The position numbers and the translations under genes were made by a program. The notes beneath the pieces are model-generated. The model ran no database searches, was not told where the DNA came from, and worked only from the letters and a program-made list of their open reading frames with translations. Below are positions 1 through 12,000 of a stretch of 64,000 nucleotides of DNA, one piece after another. Each line of letters starts with the position of its first letter. Position 1 is the stretch's first letter. Source of the DNA: Balanoglossus misakiensis (lineage: Eukaryota > Animalia > Hemichordata); assembly GCA_040954595.2 (NCBI GenBank), contig CM082584.2, positions 12,871,166-12,935,165 on the forward strand, written 5' to 3'.

Positions 1-94
1 TCTAAAACTTTGTCACAAATGTGACTTAGGATTAGGTATAGGCCATAACAAATTGTTGTCATTGTTATAAAAATAAATGAGAACTTGGATTTAC

Positions 95-3000
95 CCTGAT
101 ATATGCAGTTTGGCCATTTTTCGTCTTCAGAGTTGGGACATTCACCAACGATATCACACACCAGAATATCATCGATGCACATTTCATCGTTGCACTTGAA
201 AAATCCTCGCGGACAGTTTCCAGTGTCGTCTGGTACAACTGGATTATAATGAAAGTGCAGGTTATTAGAAATGGGAGAGAGAGAGGGAGAGACAGACAGA
301 CAGATTGATAATGAATGATGGAACAGCAGAAAAATGTCTGTGCCAGAAAAGTAAACGGCAAACATAAACTATGGGCAGATGGAACGCTGAAGGAGAAAAC
401 GTCACACGACGAAATCACTTACCATTTTCACCCTCGCAAATCCTACAACTCAGAGGGCAGTATTTCTTCATGTAAGCTGGATTCTGCGCACACTCTCCAT
501 TTTCAGCCCAAAACTCACAGTTGACGTTGCTGTCCGAGCATACTGTACAGAAACAACCCGTTAATATTTTGATGGAAATTTCCTTTGTAATGGAAGTCCC
601 AAGTGATATCATATATAACATTCTTGATGTAAACAACTATACTTACATAGACTGGTACAGTTCTGTAATTCATCACTACCATCTGGACAATCGTTGTAAT
701 TGTTGCAAACTTTCCAGGATTTGATACATTTGCCGTTGGTGCATTTAAATTCGTCTCGTCCACATAAAGCTGGAAGGTGGGAAAACAGTTATTAGATTTC
801 AGGAAGTCATGTGGGGCGTGACTGTTGAAAAATGACTTGTCCTGGTAGTAGTTTACTGCCAAAATGGCGGACGTTATCATTGACCAACGGGAAATGACGT
901 CACAAATAGACTCACCGTATTCACAATCCCTTTCGTCACTTCCGTCACCACAGTCATCAATCCAGTCACAAAGCTTTTCAATCTGTACACATTTCCTATT
1001 TTCACACGTAAATTCCCATTCTTGGCACAACCCTGCGAATGTAATTCAAAGCAACATTTCGGCAATTAGGCAGTTGGTGAATTTGAGCACAGAGACTACA
1101 GAAGATGAGAACGCATACTCACTATATTTACAGCCTTCTTCATCAGATCCGTCACGGCAGTCGATTTTGTAGTTACACTTATCCGTATAAGGATGACAGA
1201 AATTCACATCGCAGAAGAACCCATCGCATTCACGGCCAGGTATATCTGTGGATGTCAAGAAAGACGCATTTTACAAGAACATTTTGAATATCACATAGTT
1301 TACAATCACAATTCAGCTACGAAGCATGGCAATTGTATTTTCTTTGGTGGGGTCTCATCATCGTAGTCATCATCACCACCAGCACCACAAACAACAACAC
1401 AATGAAAACCTTACTGCAGTTCTTTTCATCCTCGCTCTCATTGCAGTCTTCAATGCCATCACACTTTCTCTCACCCGGAATGCAAACCCCGGACAATCCG
1501 CCTTTGGAACATTTGAACTGGTCTGCACCGCACACATAACTGGCTGTAAATGGTTGAATGTGGAAGAAATTTCGAAGTTTAATGACTGTATCATTTCATA
1601 GTATGAAGACACTAATACAGCTAGAACATATAACTACGGCCGGGCGTCATTCAGGAATACTCACTGAAGTCGCAGCCGAACTCATCGCTTCCATCCGGAC
1701 AGTTTCTCATTCCGTCGCAAACCAGATAAGCTTTGACGCAGTGAATGCCATCATTACAAAGACTGTCCCCAGGAAGACATGGCACTGAAAGGAAAATAAA
1801 CGGTAGTGGTAAGATTTATCACCAACCTTGGAAATAATTTCGCATGATTTTCGATGCTTTTTTGCTCCGAGAACTGGTACTCACCATAGTAGGCTTGGAC
1901 CTTGATGTTCAACATCATATTGACGAATGCATAGTGGTTGCTGTCTAATAACGCTGATGCTCGTACTTTATTGGTGTTGCATATCGTCACAGCCGGGAAC
2001 TTGAGGAAGCTCACGCTAGTTTCTTCCATGTCGATGTTTGTCTTCCGGGAATAGAAGCGGAACACCATCACAGAGGCCTGGACGATAAACGCGATGCAGG
2101 CGGCGACCACGACAACGGCCCACAGGAGTCGACTGGCACTGGTGCGCGACCTGCCGATGTTTGGGAGTCCGTGCCATGTGGTGTTATCGCAGAATTCGTG
2201 GGCCACGTTGCTCAGGTCTTTTGTGAACTCGTCCTGCTCTTTGCCTTCCTTTGAATCGTCGTCATCATCATCGTCGGAGCTTGAGAGGTCGCCAACTGGT
2301 ACTGTCGTCACGTTTTCCTTGCTCCCGTTTTCAGTTATCGTTCTGGTACTGAAATGTCAGAACACAAGATTAACAGAAAACAATTTGGTATTGTGTACTT
2401 ATCAGAGGGATAAGTTCATTACCATTCTTTGTTGTTCAGACAGCTTCAGAAAATCGAGATCTTGGATGTTTCTTAGAGCACATCATGGCAGAAATATGTG
2501 GCGATACAACAGAGTGATATGATACACAGATACAGATTGTATAATACGATATCATATACAGCCTACGTGTATGTCACTTACCGTGGACCAGTTCCGTTAC
2601 TTGAGATGTCTGATGAGAATCCATTGTTTGCGTACGCTCTCTAATCAAACAAGAGAAAAAACCAGCCTTTCAGTCGAGTCATGGATCAGATAATGGCAAT
2701 ACGTTGTATGCCAATTCTGATCAAACACAGCTTTATTATCATATTAATAATACTATGTAGTGTAATTAAACAATTCCGAACAGACTGTCTCAGTGTCTGT
2801 ACTTAATGTGTGTGTGTGTACATCGTGTTAATATAGTATTTATGACAAGACATAATGTATTTATTTTACCATTGTCATTCTTCTGCTCTTCCTGCGTAAC
2901 TGTTTTAATTTTCTTTTCCGTTTTCTCCTTCTCCGTATACAGACGACAGTGATGTTGATCGCAACCAAGATTGCGACGAAGAGAACCTGACCAGCAATCA

Positions 3001-6000
3001 GGATGGAAACTATGAAAATAAATACAAAGTGTTGTGCTGTTAGATCTAGTGTCTTGTATTTGAGTGACATATTGAACAGAAACACAAAGGAGATTAATTG
3101 TCTGAGAGATTTGAACCAATGTGTGTGACTGACATATGAATGTCTTTGTAGCCGTTGAGGGCGGCCTCTATAAGAAAGGCGCCAGTTTTTATCATCTCAT
3201 TTTTGAGGAAAGACTTGAGGAAAGCTGAGTTCTGGTTTACAAGGACCTCCCATTCTATAAACTGCTGCTCTATAATGAATGTGTTTACATGTACAGTGTT
3301 TCATATTGCCCAGGGTAACATACCATCTCTTGTGATTCTCAATTCAATAAAATTTCAACGTTTAGGTTTTTTCTTTATCCAGCTTTGAAAATTTAAACTG
3401 TGAACATTTGTTCAAAATCACTGGAGTGAACACCTGGAACAAATTGCACGTCGGATCCTTTAACAGAAGTAGAAATTGACACCAAAAAATGAAAAATGGT
3501 TGAGTATTGAATATCCGTGTTTCTTTACATATACACAGGTGGTGTGGCGTTCACTTTGTTGACGTCATCATTTAACATTTGTGGAAAGGAGACCGACACT
3601 TTCATGAAAATGTGCCCAGAATGTCGGTTGCACTAAACCATTGGCTGCGCTCTATTCCGCATAACTTTAACCAAATTTGAAAATATTTCTGCTTAAAACC
3701 GAGCAATATTCCTAGTTGACCTCATTGCATGGATGAATTTCCATGTTTAACAATGCAATAGGTGGAAACAATTTTCCCATGATACGCTTATTACGGTATG
3801 ATACTCGGGGGTAAAAATGTCCATTTGATGACTCACAATTAAAAATAGTCACCACAACAAATGATGTTAATAGGGTTCATTGTATCGACCTACCAGTACA
3901 TACAAGTACATCATATATACATGTAGTTAAAAACAACTGAAATGTAATTTTGTTATCAAATTCGACGTTTTGGAATGCGTCTCACGTGAAACAAATTTAT
4001 TTGTTGAGAACTCTGGTAAAATGAGACTGGGAATTATCTCCACTACAACGCACCCAGGGGGTGTTACCAGCTGTCACTCAGACTTATCATTAGCATACTT
4101 GACATGGTTCAATATCAAATATAAAAGGACATATGTTGCCTTTGCAATCGCTAAATGTGTAATGAACAGCTTGTCATGTAATATCGTCAAAATGTTTCAG
4201 TGTTTTTTGTTAAAACATGCAAATCGCGGCACGATTACAGTTGAATATGCCAAGAACAGGATGGCATATAATAATGATTGATGTTCTCCAGGGCTTTTAG
4301 TTGTGTCATGAAAGTGTGGATGTGCCTTCATGATCTTGGGAATATTCAACTGTAATCCTGTCCAGATGGTCTTACCGAGGCTCCAACTGCAATTGGGTCC
4401 AATCCACCAAGTACTGCACTGGCACGAGTATTCTAGACACTCATTGGTTGGTGTGCAGGTGCCACCATTTTTGCAGGGAAATGATTGGCAGGCATCCATA
4501 CCTTTAATCAAAGGAAGAACAAATCTGTCATCCATGGAATATATACAGGAAGGTCATTCTGGAATCTTCCTAGACTTCAATGTGTAAAATTATAGATAGG
4601 TTTGAAATAAGGAATAAGGCATTATCTCTTTGATTTCACACAAAAAAGGTCTATTTTGCTGTAGTATTTGACTTACTTATGTCGCACTGATCGCCTGTGA
4701 AACATATCGGGCATGAGCAGTTGAACAGTGTGCAGGTGCCTTCCAATGGAGTGCATGTGCCTCCGTTTGCACAAGGTGTTGATTCACAAGGATTATGATC
4801 TGAAACATGGGATGAAGAACAGAGGTTCAGGAAACACAAGGTCCATTTAAGAATATTGAAGACAGGTGATTGAAATGATATCAATGTCATAGGCAACAAT
4901 CATATGATGTACCAAGATACCAATTCTGTTGTCGAAAAGAGAAGGCCTTTTTACAGCAACTGCGGCTGCTTTACATGTAATACTCACACTTCTGGCACAC
5001 TTTGCCCTCGTAGCATTCCGGGCACAAACATTCATATTCCATGCATGATTCTGCGACAGGCTGGCAGGTAGCGTTGTTTCGGCAAGGAGAATAAAACGAA
5101 CACGGGTCTTCAAAATCTGTAAGGTCACGTCATTTTGTCAACAAAACAAAACAGTAAACTAATTATCTCTGAACTTTGAGTTTAATTGACATGGATATTT
5201 CTATAGTTACTGACAATAGATCTTTTGTCTGTGCATGGAATTGTTGATTGGGATAAAAAAATGAAACAAAGAGTCACCTGTGCATAACATGTGTCTTCAA
5301 TGGAGTATGCTAAAGTCTTAAACTTTATCTCATGTTATGCTCAAGGCAACTTCAAATGTTTTTTTACAATTGACCAAGTGAACAATTAACCATGGCAATT
5401 ACTTACACTGATCGCAGAGTTTGCCGGTGTAACAGTCATCACAAACACAGGTATACTGGTAACATGAGCGATCGTCGCGTATACATTCACCGTGTTCACA
5501 GGGATTCGAAGCACATGGGTTCAGCACTGGGGATGAGAAAGAGATTTGTGAAAGATGACGACGAACTATTATTAACAGTTGCAATAATATCCTTGGGTTG
5601 AGATTCTTTATATATGACATCAGCACGAAATGTAACATTATTAAGTGATGAAATCCTTTGACGTGAAAATGAATGAACGATAACTGAAAAGTTTTGGTGT
5701 TTGCTGTCAAGTGGTATCTGTTCTTGAGTTCATTTATAAGCAGCGCAGTGAAACGATATCCACCATTATCAACAGCTCATCCCGTTTGTCACACCCTTGA
5801 CCTATTACACTAGCATTGCCTACCCCGTAAAATTAGACATCTCTATAAACAGAAAGGACATGGCCAGTCATCCCAAACACATGCTTTATTCTGCCAATCA
5901 ACCTTGCCACTGTTTTTATACACGGGGTTACAGCCAAGGGTTCATTTGCAATGCAACGTTCCATGAGGGAGCGCATCTGGTACTTTCTGATCATATGTAG

Positions 6001-9000
6001 CGGTGAGCAGACAAGATACTGGTGGTTGATCTGATGTCTGGCAAACCCCCTTAAAATTGATGGGATGAATGATGGAGTGTTGATGTGAAAAGTTCATCGT
6101 TTGAAAGGAAATGCCGCAGTTGTTAATCCTTCCTGCCTCAGGGTCTTGCTGCAGGGTCTGAGGTTTAATCAAAGACACACCAACGCCCATAGACTCATAT
6201 CTGTGGCTTCATCCTGCTCAAACACAAGCTTCGCTCCATTTGCTGTGACGTTGTTTTATTGAGGGCTGGGATTATCAAACAATATGTAAATTACTCTATG
6301 TTTTATTGGAACGTACTCACTGAGACAGTGTATTATCTTATGAAATTGCACTCTCCCTGCGTACTTAATTGTGTCTAATAATCACAAAAATATAATACGT
6401 ATCATGGGTTTGAGTATCAAGTGAAATAAGTTTCAAGCCTCGAGATACAGAGTTCATTCAACTCACGATTCTGAGAGAGATGAGATGTTGAAATTTATCG
6501 TTGCGTGACTGAAACGCATTAACATTTATATCTGTACCGGTACATGGTTTATGGACATCATTAAAATGCACGAATGAAGAAGATGGACTTCTTATTAATT
6601 ATTATCTCATTTTAGAATGTTTGTACTTCGTGTATGCATAAAATATAAGTCAAACAAAAACGAAAAAAAGAATATGCACAGCACAGTATATATTTCATGA
6701 CCGCAATGCCATCTCGTAATAAATATGTCTCGATGCAAACTGCAGGAAAGGAATTATCGCTTACACAACTGGATGCTAAAAATTGACTTCGATTCCTTCA
6801 GGAATACAGGAAAAAAGTTTTTTGAAGTTGAATTCGACATATGACAACACCACCAAGCCACTGAATGGGTGCAGTTGGGAATATTCCGGCAGATACCAGA
6901 CCATGTAATTTCCCCGGAATAATTATGTGATTTCACTTGTGTTGCCTCAAAAGTGGGCTCATCTGTTGCCGAATGGATCATTTTGATTTCCTTTTCAATG
7001 TTTCCTTTTAGAGCAGAAGAGCGACGTGAATCCATGAATTTGTACAAATGAGCAAATTCTATGCTCTCTTCATCGCGCTGTCACGAAAAAGAATCAAACG
7101 TTGATTTTTACTTCGTAAGTAGGTTTGCTATTTGTACAAATTCATGGATTCACGTCGCTCTTCTGCTCTGAAAGGAAACGTGAAACGCATGCACCTTTTG
7201 CAAGTCATGGCCAGAAAAAAATAAGCTTTCATACTTACATATTTCACACGCTTCACCTGTGTAACATCCGGGACAGTCGCATATATGACCGCAAGACGTT
7301 TCGTCTGGTAAACAAACTCCGTGAACGCAAGGGTTTGGCTGGCAAGGGTTATGCACTGCAAAAAATCATTACAAAGTGTCTGAATATGTGACTGACACAA
7401 ACAGAAAAGCAAAAAACATATTTACACTTGTACATAAGTTTTCTCTTACCCGATACAATTACTGAGTCATATCGAGAGGCAGAGAGGCAGACAAACAGAT
7501 GGACATGTCCTCACCTGTTTGACACTGTTTCCCAACGAAGCATCCACGTTCTGTGTTTTCGCAAAAACACTGATAGTCATCACAGAGAGCGCCTATTGGC
7601 TGACAAGTTGTGTTGTATCCCTCAAGCACCGGGCATGGGTCAGAGTGACATGCATTGTTATCTGAGAAAAAAATTGATGAAAGACACGTCAAGCGGTTTG
7701 ATGGAGTTGATAAAATCCGTCTCCAACTTTCCTTATATTTTGCTCAACTCATAATATCTCGTATTTACTAACACTTGTACCTTGCAGGAAAAACCCCACC
7801 AAGACAATCTCAACCTTGATTAATCATGATCGAAACGAATTAAGTGGCACCAACGAGAAAATGTGTCCGACAGTAGCCAATGATGAATACACGTGTGTAT
7901 GCATTTGCAGAGAAGAGAGGCCAATAACTGTCCTTCAGATGTCAAACTGTCACGTTGTCTGTCCGCTGTTAAATTATTCATCAAATCCGTGCCAAAAGTA
8001 ATCAGACACCTGTCTACTATTTCCTGATTGTTAATATCTATGTGCTATGACTGAATTTCTTGGCAAGGCTATCAGGTTTTAATTTTTAAAATCAGTTGTA
8101 TCTTATAATCCCTCAGCCAAGTGCTCTTATCCAAATTGTAGGGAAATATTGCAAAAATACTCGACTTGCAACTTTAGCGATGATGATGGGACCTCTATGC
8201 ATCAAAGCTTGAAGGTGTGACAGCCATCAAGAATGTCAGAATGCGATGTCACAGTAATGACATGAATGCAATCGCAGTTAATGTAACTCCCATGATATGC
8301 CCTCATTATACTTACATATAATTGAATTGTAATTCCCAATTTAGCCTTTGGGAAGACCCCGTCATGCACCGACGTTTCTACAAACGTAATCAGGTCTTTG
8401 GCCTGACATTTTTGTGAAGATTCCAATGTATGGCATAAGATCAGGAAACAAACATTAACACCCAGAAAAATGGTTTTATCTATTTAATACTAAGGTCACC
8501 ATAACTACAGTTGTTTATCTATTATATGGGTTTTCCGACTTACAGTGGTTTAAATGAACCAGGCCAAAACCTGATCCTGTTGTTTGTTTGTTTGGGATTT
8601 TCGCATTAAGGTAAAACTGAGTTTGATATGCTACAAAAGGAAATGTCATTCTCTCACTCTACCCGCATGGATTAAACATAGGGTCATTGGCCCTATTGAA
8701 ATTTCAAAACAATGCCTGCGGTCTTTGAACAGGACAAGTCATCACTTGTGATGATTAAACGCGAAATGAAAGCAAAAGAAAAGCATGAATTAACCACTAT
8801 ATTAAAATTCATCATTACCTATTTCACAGCTGTAGCCTGAGTAACAGTCTGGGCATGTGCATTCATACTCCGTACACGAACCTTCTTTCATTTTGCATGT
8901 ACCTCCGTTCTGGCATGGGTTGCTTTCACACATTGTCGGTCCTGGTGAAATGAGTAGATACAGACAAGATAAACAAATAGTTGGTATATCCAAACAACAG

Positions 9001-12000
9001 TAATGCATGTGAATGTAGTGATGTCAGATCTATATAACTGCACGAATGATCTTTTGATGTATGTATGTAACATCTCGCTATCAACGAGGCTGAGGGAATC
9101 ATTTGTCAAAATTTTCTAAGATAAGTTCAACTTTTGGTAATATACCCAAGGCGCCCATTAATTATTGGCAGATGGGTCTTGCAGTCGTGGCTTACTCGCT
9201 TAATGAGTGAAATGGGCAATAAATCTTTCATTAGAGATGGTGTTAGTCAATTAAGAACTGCACTTGGGAATTGCATTATTTATCCCAGGTAATGTACTTG
9301 ACGATCGCTTTGGGTGTATGCATATGCTGTTCATGGTCAGTGCAGAATATTGAGAAGATGAACACATAACTACACATAGAGTAACACTCACCATATTCAC
9401 AATGTTCTCCAGAGAAACATTCTGAACAGTAACAACTGTAGGCTGTGTATAGACCAATCACCAGTTGACAAGCTCCGCCATTTTCGCAAGGGTTGTTGTC
9501 ACACGGATTGCGGGCTGCAAGAGTCCAAAGCAACAGAAAAAATATTATAGTAACATTGGAATTCAACACACAGCCAAACTGTTAACATGTCAGCTTAGTG
9601 GAAATGTATCATGCAAATGCATATTTCATGTCTTGGAAACCCTTGTGACAGTGTTGTTAGAATATCAAAATGCTAAACCTCGATCTTGTCAGTACAATCA
9701 CGCACACTTTCAAGATTAAAGTTTCAAAAAGTCACTAATGCACTAATGTTGATCCATTACATGAGATTCACGGTTTTCATGACCAAATCAAACTTACTAG
9801 TGGATCTGGTGACGACCGATGTGCTGTTTCTGCCATTGATGAAGGCAGACACTGTGATGGTGTACGACGTCGCAGGGAAAAGCCCTGAAAATCTGAACTC
9901 TGTTTCTGTCTTGTCGGCGCGAACGGGGAAGTTGCCGCCGTGTGGAGGGTCCAAGAAAATCACGATATCTTCTCCGGTAATCACACCGGATATCCGCCAT
10001 GATGTCAGGATAATCGTCGGACTGACGTGTGTTATCGTCAGAAGGATGTCTGCAATATAAAGAACCAGACGTGTATTGAATATTCAATGTGGTATAAATT
10101 GTGTGTATCAGTATAAGAACCAGTATAGGGCATGTACATTCTGGTAGTCACTGAGGTTCTTGCAAACATTTTAGTTTTTATTACATATATTGTGTCACTT
10201 TAGCTTTTGAAATTCGTAAGTATTCATAGTTGTGTAGATATCTGACCCCAAAAACTTAGATGTTTCACTAAAAATCATCAGATGGAGCTATTATACTGTT
10301 TAATTAGAATTCAATAATAGACCAATTGATATAGTAGAAGGTGCTTCTTAAAAATAGCCATCGCCTTGTTGTTCACCTTAATCGAACACAATGGAGTTAA
10401 TTTGACGAGTGTGCACTTAATATGTTGAACGAAAAATTAATATGCTGATTCAATTTTGATCAATAACAATATTGGCAATTTAATTTCCTTAATAAAAACA
10501 TGGTGACAATGGTTTAATATCATCTCGTCACCAACGTATAAGTCCAATGCAGAGTCACCTGAAAAGGTGAAATTTAAACTACCCTGAGGTCATGGTCGCC
10601 CGACCTTGAAGAACAGGAGAAAGCTGTCAGAATTTCTAGTCAGAGAAGTTTGACGCAGGCAAATTATTTGTTTGTGGTACTAGTAGCCTGTCTCTATGAA
10701 CATTCCCCCATCAGGTAGAACATGGTATTTTTGGTTCTGTTGGTGCAGTTGTGAATTTTTCTGACGACTGCCACGAACAAACCAATCACCCGCACCTTGT
10801 TGCCACCGAAAGGGGACACCAACGCAAAACTATTATAGGATCACAGTTCACTGTACATTCAGTCAGTCAATGATCCCGCAATACCTGCTCATCAAGCTGT
10901 CATTTGACGTGAGATCGGCCTTCGCAAAATTGACATCTGCCATCAAAGGTTATTCACCTATAAAATATCTACAGCTGACATAATATGAATAACAACTAGC
11001 GTTCGTACAAAGCAATGTAAATTTATACAAACAAGATACATTTCATCGGTCAACGTGTTCACTGTTTCTGAATAGCATGGGCATATTTAATGACCAACAG
11101 CTTGGCAGATGATCTGACATCACGCATCACCTGTGCTTATCTTCATTACCACAAAGTTAATACAAATTTCGCGTCAGAGTTGCCTGTGTGTTAAATTTAG
11201 AGATTCGGACATGTGGGTTGATGCTTATGTATGCCTAAATACTCCTTGTGGTTAGCAAACGCATGCTTGACTATCATGCAAATACCACATTTGCACCAAA
11301 TATCAAAAAGACAAATGAATCAAATCGGTGCTATAAAGGATTGCAAGCTCTAATAGACAATAAATATACATGGTTGTTATCAGAGGGGAATTTCTCTGAC
11401 AGTATGGGATGCCTGTCACGGACTAACTGTTTCATAAAAAAGGTTGCATCGAGCGATGGAATGTATTTCAGATGATTGGATATGGTCTAGTAAATAAGGT
11501 ACTTAGAAGTGATGAATTCCTTTGTGCTGATGTGATATTTAATGTGCTCAGAGTAAACAAAATAGAAAACTGCATCGTTTAGAAGAAACTAGAACAGCTC
11601 AGCCTTATCACACATATGCAAAGGGAAGCATTATATACAGGAGGAAGAAGTAAGATTTTCCCCTAAATCCTATTAAAAACAGTCCATTGCTATGAAAATT
11701 CTGCTAAGAGAGGGAATCACAAGTCAATTTAAAAAATAATAATAATAGGTTAGATTTGAACGAAAAATATCTTTCTAGCGTCTCAAGGAATAATTTCAGG
11801 CTTTATTTTCCAAAATTTGACTTTTCTTTGAAGACACAGGATCTGCGCATGTGCAGAACCTTCGGCAACGACCTGCCTGTCGATTTCCGCAGTTTTACCA
11901 CAAAAAATCACAAGATAACAGAGTTAAGGTAGAGAATCTAATCGCTCGATTGTTTGCGCATACTTCCTAACTGTCGACCCTTTTGAAAACATTAGTATGA

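Noticed and set aside
2582-2624. ATG GAT TCT ([14 protein letters not shown]) as an independent start for the channel
   Set aside because: This frame ends in phase 1 and meets a stop (GTA CCA GAA CGA TAA) right after splicing to 2348; only the RAYANNG frame is compatible.
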